A stretch of DNA of 64,000 bases, taken from the NCBI GenBank assembly GCA_017398555.1, contig JAFQFV010000021.1, positions 50,738 to 114,737 on the forward strand, given 5' to 3'. The notes under the pieces are model-generated. The model saw only the letters and a program-made list of their open reading frames with translations, did no database searches and was not told where the DNA came from. This document shows positions 51,429 through 60,701 of the stretch, one piece after another (the stretch's first letter is position 1; every line of letters begins with the position of its first letter). Both the position numbers and the translations under genes were made by a program. Source of the stretch: Alistipes sp. (GTDB lineage: Bacteria; Bacteroidota; Bacteroidia; Bacteroidales; Rikenellaceae).

Positions 51429-54400
51429 TTAATCGTAATTATCTACATTATCCTCCATTATCGGGGCATCAAAACCATTTGCCATCGACTCTAACGCCTC
51501 GGCATCCTTGTCGGTCTGCAAAAAGTCCACCTGATTCTGCCCCCTCTTTCGACGACGAGAGAATCGGTTCTTCAGGCGCTCCTTCAGATCTTTCGCATTA
51601 TCAAAATCCTCCTTAAAGTAGATACCCAAGCCCGTCTCTTGCAGACCCTGGTTCTCATCAAATCGGTCTATAGTATGGGTAAAGCCCCTTGTTTTAAGCG
51701 TTCCCGCACGGTCTATCAGCCAAGTGACATAGGCCTCGCCCGTAAATGACGATGTAGCATTGACCACACGCGACTTATCGACCAAATAGTTACCCTCAAC
51801 CTCAATGAGCAGTCTATTGTTAAATAGTCCCTGCGACAGACCGAAGTCCACCTCATCACTCATCATCTGCTCCGTCTTTGGACGGTAGCGCAAGATGATA
51901 TTCGAACTCTCCGACGAGAGCCAGTTACTCAACTGATTCGAGAGCAACTCAAAGCCCGTAGTCGCCGCCGAAGAGACACCGATAGTAGATGCCTCTGTAG
52001 TATTCTCCGAGAGGAACGAGTTGGTAATCAGCAGATAGAGGAACTGCTGCGACAAACGTTCCGGAGTACTAAGCACATTGGCAATCACAGCCTGAATACT
52101 TGCATCGGCACTCGGCACCTCCACATCGAAGTTCACCGTCGGTTTAGTCAGACGGTCCGAGAGGTTGATAATACAATTTACCGGCACCGCTCTGTTAGGT
52201 ATCGACGTATCCACATAACCCTCCAATAGCGGTTGCAGCGACGCCTTAACCTTATATACTGCATCAATATCGAGCAACGCATCGAGTGGTTCGCCTGTCC
52301 ATTGTATAGATGAGCCCCTCTCAATAACGAACTTTTTATTGATAATATTTTGCAGCGTAAAGAGATAACTACCCTCCGAGATGATATAGTCGCCATACAT
52401 TTCAAAGATATCGGCACCCGGATTTATACGCATATTGAGCAGTCCGTTACCCGTCGCCTTGATAATATCGCCCACCGTAGGGTCGATAACCAGCTGCACC
52501 TCGGTATTATCCTTCACATCGAGCGACATATTTATATCCATACTGCCACCCGACGATGCGCGTTGCTTCTGTCGGCGCTCAAACATCATCTTTTTACGCA
52601 CCAGATAGTTTGTCGTATCGACAGCCGAAGGTTTTGCGAAGGTCACAAAGTCGGCATAGGTGATATTACTCTTATCTGTCAGCGGCATAAAGAACTTGGA
52701 GTTCTCACCCGACACACCGGTAATATCCATCTTAACACCCGCCTTATCGCCACTCAGACGTATATCTCCCGAGGCGTACATATCGCCATAGAACATATCG
52801 TTATCGCGCGAGGTGGTGTTCATCACCTGCATATTATTAAACTGCGCCTGTAGCGAGTACTCGATATTCGAGAGGTGATTCAGGCTCAAATCCATACTCA
52901 GCTGACCACTATTACGATTCTTATCGTAGATAGGCGCCTTGTCTATCAAGAACCTATTGTTATGCACCTTTATCACAGCATTTGGAGCCGAGTAGGTACA
53001 CTTTGTATAGTCGAGCGTGGTCTTCATATCGTGCACCACAATCTCTCCATTGAGCGAAGCATTGCGACGCTCACCCGTCAGCGACAAATCGACATCGGCA
53101 CTACCCTCCGTACCCACAAGCACGCCCGAAAGCAGCGGGTCTATCAACGACACATCAAGATCCTTGAGGCCAAGGCGGGCGAAGTATCTCGAACGCGATG
53201 GGAACAGATAACCGCTCGCCACCTGCTTACCATCCCTGCGTGTGGTGACATAGAGATTTGCAAGCGAGCGGGCAAAGTTCCAGCGCGAAGTGAGGTTCAT
53301 ATCGGGTACAGGAAGCGAATTGACACGCACAGAGTCCAAATCGACATTCGCCTCTATTCGCGGATTGTTAAAGGCAGAGCGGATAGTGGCATAACCATTT
53401 GTCCTACCCTCTATCTTATAGCCGATACGCTCGGCAAACTGCGCAAACGGAGTGAGGGCAAAGTTTGACAGATGTAACTGTAGCGAGTCGCTCTTCAGGC
53501 GCGAAGCGACACCATCCACCTCCAGATTTTGCCCCTCAATAGTGTTAAACACCCTAAATCTATCTACGGCGATGCGTGTAGAGTCTATCTCTATACCATC
53601 AGATGTTATCTCCCAAACATTCTCATCTTTACCAATCTTTGACGGCAAAATATCCACCGACACGTGCCTTAGCCCATTTCGTCGCGAAAGCAGAGCCTTT
53701 GCCGCCAAATTTCCGCGAATATCTCGCAGAGTATCGGCAAACTCGCCATACAAATCTACCCTATTTCGCTTTGCTCCACCGTGTAACTTAAAGTCCGACA
53801 GACGCATAGCACCCGCCCAGAGCTCCGAAGAGCCGAGGTTGAGCACCAACGAGTCGCCCTTATTATTGGCATTTAGCGAGACCTCCGAGATAAGGTACGG
53901 ATACTTTTCAACGCACTCCGAGCTACCGCGAACCATAAATATATTCTCGGCAGGAGCCATATAGACCTTAATATTCGACTCCGGAGCCACCTCAACACCG
54001 CTGGAGATACAACCGAGCAGTGGCGATATATCCTTCGCCGTCACAGAGAGCATTGCCACCTTATTCTTCAGCACCTCCTTCTTACTCTCGATACGCTCAA
54101 GGGCATCTTGGTCGTAGAGTTGCGGCAGATAGCGGGACAATAGCGTCGATACATAGTAGGCCACATCCTTGTATGGACAACGGCTCTCAAATATCGCATC
54201 GACAAACTCGGATGTGAGGTTCATTCGGCGAATATCCTCGTTACTATCGAGTGTCAGATTGACAATATCCGACTTAAGCTCCGTTCCGTTGTAGTTATAC
54301 GTAACGTCGGCAAGGCTCAGACGGCCATCCATATCATCCAGCGTATTTCCCTGAGCATCCAGGCACATCGAGGCCTTGATTGTAGAGATAGTGTCGCGAC

Positions 54401-56015
54401 GATTGATATTGAGCGCATGCAAATCTGCCCGCTTAACATCCGCCACAGCGCTATAGTATGGCGCATCGCCACTCTTACGACTCATCGCCGCACGAATAGT
54501 CGCCTGAATGTTCTTATCGCTACTACCGATATTGACCATTCCGCCACTTGAGTTATAGTTACCATCAAAGGCTATCGAGTTGTAGTTGTAGCCGTTAAAG
54601 AGCAGATTATCCACAGCACCGCTCATCTGTGCCTCCAACTGCTCCCCAAACAGAGCTGATGCCTTGACATTAAAGTCTGCCACCATTCGCTCAGGCTTTG
54701 CAAGCAGTGTATTCACACATAGAGAGTCCGCTGTAAGTGTCGCTGTAACACCTCTCGCACCCTCCTCCGGGTGCATTCCGCACTGGGCCTTCAACACGCC
54801 GCCACTACCCACACCAATATCGGCAGTAGCATCAAATGACGAGATATAGCCGTTAAATTTGCCCTTGATATTGAGGCGATTAGTGCGCTCAACATAAGGT
54901 TTTACCTTCTCCGGTATCTCAAGATGCGCAATCTTTGATAGCAGGCTTGTAAACTCGTTCGTCGTTACATCAACCTCCTTTACGCGAATATTAAAACGCG
55001 TACGGGCAACATCTATAAGTCCGCGCACAGTTGCATCGGCCTTGATAGTTCCGCCATCTGCAAGGCGCAGATTATCGACCTTCGCCTTAAAGTTTGCCAC
55101 CGTTCCGTGCATAGAGAGGGTTGCATCGCTTATCGTTGTGTTCCACTCCCACAACTGCGGTGCAAAGTAGCCAACCATATCGCTTGTAACCAGCGACTTC
55201 TCCACATCGATATCCAACCTCACATTACGGATAAAGTCGTGATAGCTCTCCCAACTCTCACCCGTCAGCAATATTGTCGGCAGATAGACCTGCGAGCCGA
55301 CAGCCTCTATCATAACATCCGTTAAAGAGATTTTTCCCCTATCGACCATAAATCTGCCCGACAGATTATCAAGCACAAATCCACTCTTCTCGACAAAATC
55401 CAACGAGGTTATATCACCACCGACAACGCCTCCCGAACGGACATATAACCCATCGATATGCGTCTTGATATTTTGCAGATACATATCGGCATAATCGACA
55501 CCAGACTCATATCGCCTATCGTCAAAACGCTGCAGGCGGAATGATACGCTATCGGCATCTACCGAGTTGATTTTCAGCGCAAACTTACCCTTCTTCTTTC
55601 TGTCCGGATTGGAGATTTTATCGGTCACCTCCTTGATATTGATAATATCACGCTCGGTCTCGCGCAGATAGAGCACCGCATTGCTCAACTTTGCCGAAGA
55701 GATTGTAAAGTGCTCCTTCATACTTGCCAGCGGGCCAATCTGAGCCACTACAGATGATGCGTAGAGCAGGGTATCTCTATCCATATCCTCCACATAGAAG
55801 CCGCGAACCTTGATATGGTTGAGCATACCTATTGTGATGTGGTCGATGCTAACCTTTGTACCGAGCTTCTCGGTGGCAAAGTCGGTTGCATAGCGCACAG
55901 CACTATTCTGCACATTAGGAATAGAGAGCACCAAAGTTGCAAAAACAGGGAGCAGTATCAACAATAAGATTACTGATGATACTATCTTTGTAAATATTTT
56001 TGTAACTTTGCGCAC
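51429..56015 (-). CDS. tamB: Translocation/assembly module TamB-like protein
   Basis: N-terminal TM, long beta-rich body, C-terminal GSSIQWTGEP.DA.LDIDAVY; GTG start. Confidence 0.85.
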   Translation of the reverse strand: MRKVTKIFTKIVSSVILLLILLPVFATLVLSIPNVQNSAVRYATDFATEKLGTKVSIDHITIGMLNHIKVRGFYVEDMDRDTLLYASSVVAQIGPLASMKEHFTISSAKLSNAVLYLRETERDIINIKEVTDKISNPDRKKKGKFALKINSVDADSVSFRLQRFDDRRYESGVDYADMYLQNIKTHIDGLYVRSGGVVGGDITSLDFVEKSGFVLDNLSGRFMVDRGKISLTDVMIEAVGSQVYLPTILLTGESWESYHDFIRNVRLDIDVEKSLVTSDMVGYFAPQLWEWNTTISDATLSMHGTVANFKAKVDNLRLADGGTIKADATVRGLIDVARTRFNIRVKEVDVTTNEFTSLLSKIAHLEIPEKVKPYVERTNRLNIKGKFNGYISSFDATADIGVGSGGVLKAQCGMHPEEGARGVTATLTADSLCVNTLLAKPERMVADFNVKASALFGEQLEAQMSGAVDNLLFNGYNYNSIAFDGNYNSSGGMVNIGSSDKNIQATIRAAMSRKSGDAPYYSAVADVKRADLHALNINRRDTISTIKASMCLDAQGNTLDDMDGRLSLADVTYNYNGTELKSDIVNLTLDSNEDIRRMNLTSEFVDAIFESRCPYKDVAYYVSTLLSRYLPQLYDQDALERIESKKEVLKNKVAMLSVTAKDISPLLGCISSGVEVAPESNIKVYMAPAENIFMVRGSSECVEKYPYLISEVSLNANNKGDSLVLNLGSSELWAGAMRLSDFKLHGGAKRNRVDLYGEFADTLRDIRGNLAAKALLSRRNGLRHVSVDILPSKIGKDENVWEITSDGIEIDSTRIAVDRFRVFNTIEGQNLEVDGVASRLKSDSLQLHLSNFALTPFAQFAERIGYKIEGRTNGYATIRSAFNNPRIEANVDLDSVRVNSLPVPDMNLTSRWNFARSLANLYVTTRRDGKQVASGYLFPSRSRYFARLGLKDLDVSLIDPLLSGVLVGTEGSADVDLSLTGERRNASLNGEIVVHDMKTTLDYTKCTYSAPNAVIKVHNNRFLIDKAPIYDKNRNSGQLSMDLSLNHLSNIEYSLQAQFNNMQVMNTTSRDNDMFYGDMYASGDIRLSGDKAGVKMDITGVSGENSKFFMPLTDKSNITYADFVTFAKPSAVDTTNYLVRKKMMFERRQKQRASSGGSMDINMSLDVKDNTEVQLVIDPTVGDIIKATGNGLLNMRINPGADIFEMYGDYIISEGSYLFTLQNIINKKFVIERGSSIQWTGEPLDALLDIDAVYKVKASLQPLLEGYVDTSIPNRAVPVNCIINLSDRLTKPTVNFDVEVPSADASIQAVIANVLSTPERLSQQFLYLLITNSFLSENTTEASTIGVSSAATTGFELLSNQLSNWLSSESSNIILRYRPKTEQMMSDEVDFGLSQGLFNNRLLIEVEGNYLVDKSRVVNATSSFTGEAYVTWLIDRAGTLKTRGFTHTIDRFDENQGLQETGLGIYFKEDFDNAKDLKERLKNRFSRRRKRGQNQVDFLQTDKDAEALESMANGFDAPIMEDNVDNYD

Positions 56016-56083
56016 GGAATATCCTTAAGTTATATTTTATAACTTACAAAGATAGTACTATTTTTTCGAATTTACGAATTTTT

Positions 56084-57115
56084 ATGGAGAATAATATCAT
56101 TATCCTCGGCATTGAATCCTCCTGCGACGACACTTCGGCTGCAGTATTGAGAGATACAGTTCTGCTATCGAGCGTTATTGCCTCACAGGCGGTACACGAG
56201 AAGTATGGTGGTGTAATCCCCGAACTTGCATCCAGAGCACACCAGCAGAATATCGTTCCCGTAGTGGATACAGCGCTCAAAGAGGCGGGAATTACTATTG
56301 ACAAGGTCGATGCTATCGCCTTTACCCGCGGTCCGGGTCTGCTCGGCTCGCTGATGGTCGGCACATCATTTGCCAAGGGACTTTCGATTGCCAATAATAT
56401 CCCGATGGTCGAGGTAAATCACCTGCACGGACACATCCTCTCTCACTTTGTGGATCTGCCCGACAGAGAGTTACCGCACCCTGACTATCCATTCCTCTGC
56501 CTGCTTGTAAGCGGCGGACATACCCAGATTGTCAAGGTCGATGCTCCCGATAAGATGGAGATTGTCGGCACAACGATTGACGATGCAGCGGGTGAGGCTC
56601 TCGACAAGTGCGCCAAGGTGATGGGATTACCTTATCCCGGAGGCCCGATTATCGACCGCCTGGCAAAGGAGGGCAACAGAGATGCCTTCAAGTTTGCAAA
56701 GCCACGCGTGGAGGAGCTAAATTACTCATTCTCAGGTCTTAAGACATCATTCCTCTACACACTTCGTGATGCAGTCGCCGAGAATCCGGACTTTATTGAG
56801 CAGAATAAAGCCGACCTCTGCGCATCACTTCTCCACACCGTTGTAGATATTCTGGTAGATAAACTTATAAAGGCCTCAAAGCAGTTCGGCATTAAGGATA
56901 TAGCACTCGGTGGCGGTGTTTCGGCAAACTCTGCGCTCCGCGCAAGAATCGAGAGCGAGGGGGCAAAGCGCCATTGGCGAACATTCCTACCGGAGCTAAA
57001 ATTTACCACCGACAACGCTGCAATGATTGCCGTTGCAGGTTACTACAAATATCTCCGTGGCGAACTATCCTCTCTCGATGCATCACCTATCGCCCGCTAC
57101 GAGGAGATGATATAA
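56084..57115 (+). CDS. tsaD: tRNA N6-threonylcarbamoyltransferase
   Basis: GIESSCDDT, HLHGH, VSGGHT, DDAAGEA.DK, TDNAAMI. Confidence 0.97.
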   Translation: MENNIIILGIESSCDDTSAAVLRDTVLLSSVIASQAVHEKYGGVIPELASRAHQQNIVPVVDTALKEAGITIDKVDAIAFTRGPGLLGSLMVGTSFAKGLSIANNIPMVEVNHLHGHILSHFVDLPDRELPHPDYPFLCLLVSGGHTQIVKVDAPDKMEIVGTTIDDAAGEALDKCAKVMGLPYPGGPIIDRLAKEGNRDAFKFAKPRVEELNYSFSGLKTSFLYTLRDAVAENPDFIEQNKADLCASLLHTVVDILVDKLIKASKQFGIKDIALGGGVSANSALRARIESEGAKRHWRTFLPELKFTTDNAAMIAVAGYYKYLRGELSSLDASPIARYEEMI

Positions 57116-57181
57116 AGCCAACAACTGCCCGCTTTTTCGAGAAAAAGCAGGGCGTGCAAAAAGCTTTCGCCAAAACTCTGT

Positions 57182-57327
57182 TTTGGTAGTTGTTGTAGCG
57201 AGAATAAGGTTGTCTGCAACAATCTAAAAACAAAAAATAGCACTTCACTTTCAAGCAAGCTTGAGTGAGTGCTATTTTCATTTTTACTATCCTTGTGGAT
57301 AGCTCTTATTCTCGAAAACTATCCAAA
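57182..57327. repeat. Structured repeat family C, copy 2
   Basis: Core CTTCACTTTCAAGCAAGCTTGAGTGAG; stems AAAATAGCAC/GTGCTATTTT and CGAGAATAAG/CTTATTCTCG. Confidence 0.75.
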
Positions 57328-57366
57328 CGTAGTAATTTCTTTTCACTACCTACATTTGTGCACTAT

Positions 57367-57490
57367 TTTGTCGTCAAAAGTGCGTAGCTGTGGTGTATCG
57401 TGCAAAAATTAGTGTCGGATAGTACTCAAAAGGTACAGCCGCCACTAATTTTTAAGGGATGTGCCGCAGATGCGTGCTTTTCACGACAAA
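57367..57490 (+). repeat. Family A element, copy A7
   Basis: Arms TTTGTCGTCAAAAG/CTTTTCACGACAAA; inner AAAAATTAGTG/CACTAATTTTT; an extra right-end CACAACAAAA then abuts the korB stop. Confidence 0.85.
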
Positions 57491-57502
57491 TGCACAACAA
57501 AA

Positions 57503-58528
57503 TTACAATGTAAATGTTTCGCCCGAATTAAGCAAATCATCCACACTCTGAATCTTAGAGGCAGCCTTTACGCTTGCAACCTGTGCCTCTACCTCGGTAT
57601 CGTAGCATGGAGCATCAACATCACGAATAATACCCAAAGCCACAGGATACTCAGGGAACTTCATCGCCGCAAGCATACAGTGGAGGGTGGTATCCTCAGC
57701 GTGTGCATCGTGTGTAAGGACATCGTCAAGCGTATATCCATCCTCACCCACGGTTACAACCTTAAGTTTCAGACCATCCAGCACAAGTCCCTTGTTATTA
57801 TCCTTACCAAAGAGCATCTTCTCGCCGTGACGCAGAGTGATAGTATTCTCGGCACGTGTCGCCTTATCGGCAGCAAAAGATGCGTGGGTCTTGTTGTTGA
57901 AAATCATACAATTAACAAGCGCCTCAACGACTGATGTTCCGTGATGTTTTGCCGCAGCAATCAGCAGCTCCTTTGTGAGCATCACCTCGGCATCCACCGT
58001 ACGGGCAAAGAATGTACCCTTGGCACCTATAGCGAGCTCGCCGGGGTTAAATGGATGCTCTACGGTACCATAAGGGGATGTTTTTGTAACCGTTCCGAGC
58101 TTTGTAGTCGGAGAGTACTGACCCTTTGTAAGACCGTATATCTCGTTATTAAAGAGGATGATATTAAGGTCCACATTTCTACGCAATGCGTGTATAAAGT
58201 GGTTACCTCCGATAGCAAGGCTATCACCATCGCCTGTGCAGACCCAAACAGAGAGGTCGGGATTTGCAGTCTTGATACCTGTCGCAACAGCAGCGGCACG
58301 ACCGTGAATGGTATGGAAACCAAAGGTGCGCATATAGTAGATAAAACGTGATGAGCAGCCGATACCCGACACAAAGACAAACTTCTCATGTGGTTTATCG
58401 AGTACATCTGCCACCTCAGACAGAGCGCGTTGTACAGCATTGAGCACCGCATGGTCACCACAACCGGCACACCACTTCACCTGCTGATCAGACTTAAAAT
58501 TTTCGGGGGTATATTTATACTCTGCCAT
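57503..58528 (-). CDS. korB: 2-oxoacid:ferredoxin oxidoreductase beta subunit
   Basis: WCAGCGD, SGIGCSSR, HGRA, GDGD, YGLTKGQYSPT. Confidence 0.92.
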   Translation of the reverse strand: MAEYKYTPENFKSDQQVKWCAGCGDHAVLNAVQRALSEVADVLDKPHEKFVFVSGIGCSSRFIYYMRTFGFHTIHGRAAAVATGIKTANPDLSVWVCTGDGDSLAIGGNHFIHALRRNVDLNIILFNNEIYGLTKGQYSPTTKLGTVTKTSPYGTVEHPFNPGELAIGAKGTFFARTVDAEVMLTKELLIAAAKHHGTSVVEALVNCMIFNNKTHASFAADKATRAENTITLRHGEKMLFGKDNNKGLVLDGLKLKVVTVGEDGYTLDDVLTHDAHAEDTTLHCMLAAMKFPEYPVALGIIRDVDAPCYDTEVEAQVASVKAASKIQSVDDLLNSGETFTL

Positions 58529-58531
58529 AGT

Positions 58532-60370
58532 TTAGTTCAATTTTTCGTTAAACACATTCACAAGCTCCGCAACATTAAACGGCTGACCCTCAACCTTGTT
58601 GTATCGCTCAAATTTGAACTGCGGGAAGATACCCTGCAGATAAGATGCTGCCTGACCCTCATTGAGTTCGCAGACAACAATACGCTTGAATGATGCAAAT
58701 ATCTCCGCGAGGTTCTTCGGCAGCGGATTGATATAGTTCAAGTGGCAGTGACTCACACTCTTACCCTGCTCTCTGAGCTGTGCAACAGCCGAGCAGAGAT
58801 GACCTCGAGTACCACCCCAACCCACAACAAGCAGATCGCCTGATGACTCACCATCCACAACCTGCAGCGGCAAATCCTCAACCACAGCAGCCACCTTAGC
58901 AGCACGGGTTGTAACCATCTGCTGATGGTTTGCAGGTTCATAAGAGATATTACCCGTTGCAGCGTGCTTCTCCAGACCACCAATGCGGTGCTCCAGACCC
59001 GCTGTACCAGGGAATGCCCAGCTACGAACAAGGCGTTCATCACGCTTGTATGGCATAAAGTCGCCCTCGTCAGCAGTTGCAATCGGCGGGTTAATTGTCG
59101 GCATATCAGCCATTTGAGGTATCAACCACGCCTCCGAAGAGTTAGCGATAAAACCATCTGTAAGCAGAACTACAGGAGTCATGTGCTCCATGGCAATCTT
59201 CGCTGCCTCGAATGCGTAATTAAAGCAATCACTTGGAGAAGAAGCCGCTATAACCGGTACCGGGCACTCTCCATTTCGACCATAGAGAGCCTGCAACAGA
59301 TCGCTCTGCTCTGTCTTTGTCGGCAGACCTGTCGATGGGCCTCCGCGCTGAACATCAACAACGACAAGCGGCAACTCCGCCATAACAGCAAGACCCAAAG
59401 CCTCACTCTTAAGCGACAGACCCGGGCCGGAGGTGGTGGTAACTGCAAAGTTACCTGCATAAGCGGCACCTACAGCGGTACAGATACCCGCAATCTCATC
59501 CTCCGCCTGCACAGTCTTAACACCCAGCGACTTATGCTTTGCCAGCTCCTCAAGAATTACCGTTGCAGGGGTGATTGGATATGAGCCACAGAAGAGCGGA
59601 CGACCACTCTTTTCAGAGGCTGCGATAAATCCCCACGCAGTAGCCACATTTCCGTTGATTGTGCGATACTTACCCTTCGGCAGACCCGCAGGCTCCACTG
59701 CATAAGCATTATGCGAAAGGTGGTTGTTGGCTGCGTAGTTGTATCCCGCCTCGATAACGAGGTTATTCGCCTCTGCCACTGCAGGATTCTTCTTTCCAAA
59801 CTTTGTATTGATGTAGTCGTGAGCGTGCGCCGTTGTGCGGTCTGTGATATACAGACAGATACCGAGGGCAAACATATTCTTGCACTTAACCTTCGACTTG
59901 TTATCGAGCTCACTCTGTGCAAGAGCCTCACGAGTCATAGTGGTTATGCGCGCAATTATTACATTACGACCCTCAAGGCCAAGTTCTGTAATAGGGTCAT
60001 CTGTCGTAAATGTCGCTTTTGCAAGATTATCGGCAGTAATAGAATCGCCATCGACAATAATAGTCGCATCAGCCTTCAAAAAACGGGCATTTGCCTTAAG
60101 CGCAGCGGGATTCATCGCCACCAATACATCGCACTTATCGCCAGGATTGTTGATACCCGCCGAACCAAAGTGCACCTGAAAGCCCGACACACCGGCAACT
60201 GTACCCTGTGGGGCACGAATCTCCGCTGGATAGTCCGGGAAAGTTGAGATAGCATTTCCAGCAAGCGCTGAGGTCTCCGAGAAGAGCGTTCCGGTAAGCT
60301 GCATTCCGTCGCCCGAATCGCCTGAGAAGCGAATGACGACATCTTTTAGCAGTGAAAGATTTTGTTCCAT
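58532..60370 (-). CDS. korA: 2-oxoacid:ferredoxin oxidoreductase alpha subunit (gamma fused)
   Basis: GDSGDGMQ, YPITPA, QAEDE, TSGPG, QRGGPSTGLPT. Confidence 0.92.
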   Translation of the reverse strand: MEQNLSLLKDVVIRFSGDSGDGMQLTGTLFSETSALAGNAISTFPDYPAEIRAPQGTVAGVSGFQVHFGSAGINNPGDKCDVLVAMNPAALKANARFLKADATIIVDGDSITADNLAKATFTTDDPITELGLEGRNVIIARITTMTREALAQSELDNKSKVKCKNMFALGICLYITDRTTAHAHDYINTKFGKKNPAVAEANNLVIEAGYNYAANNHLSHNAYAVEPAGLPKGKYRTINGNVATAWGFIAASEKSGRPLFCGSYPITPATVILEELAKHKSLGVKTVQAEDEIAGICTAVGAAYAGNFAVTTTSGPGLSLKSEALGLAVMAELPLVVVDVQRGGPSTGLPTKTEQSDLLQALYGRNGECPVPVIAASSPSDCFNYAFEAAKIAMEHMTPVVLLTDGFIANSSEAWLIPQMADMPTINPPIATADEGDFMPYKRDERLVRSWAFPGTAGLEHRIGGLEKHAATGNISYEPANHQQMVTTRAAKVAAVVEDLPLQVVDGESSGDLLVVGWGGTRGHLCSAVAQLREQGKSVSHCHLNYINPLPKNLAEIFASFKRIVVCELNEGQAASYLQGIFPQFKFERYNKVEGQPFNVAELVNVFNEKLN

Positions 60371-60438
60371 TTATATGTTAGTTAAGTTGTTTTCTTGCTA
60401 TTTCAAACGCAAACACGCACCACCTACCCCATTACACT

Positions 60439-60700
60439 CATTTGTCATCAAAAGTAGTAGCAACAACGCTCGGCCTTTTTTGAGGCGATGGGTTGTACTT
60501 GTGGTACTACCCATTGCTGACATATCGCGTTAGCGGAAGTAAATGCGCCGCTATCACGACAAATGCACGGCAAATATTTGTTGTCAAAAGGTAGTAGTTG
60601 CAACGCTCTCGTTTTTGGACTGGAGGGAGCATACTGCTCGTATGTGACCTTCAGGCCAAGAACGAGGAAGGCGGCAAATGCTGCCTTTTCACAACAAATA
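60439..60700 (+). repeat. Two tandem family A elements, A8 (60439-60565) and A9 (60575-60700)
   Basis: A9 arms TATTTGTTGTCAAAAGG/CCTTTTCACAACAAATA, 1 nt from the stop at 60702; A8 inner GCGATGGGT/ACCCATTGC. Confidence 0.82.
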
Positions 60701-60701
60701 A

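Noticed and set aside
3929-60700. Integron attC cassettes
   Set aside because: No RYYYAAC/GTTRRRY cores, no integrase, and the neighbours are core genes such as secDF, parC and korB
3929-60700. Family A copies as ordinary Rho-independent terminators
   Set aside because: Too long and multi-branched, wobbles favour the antisense strand, and some lie inside operons; a secondary terminator role is not excluded
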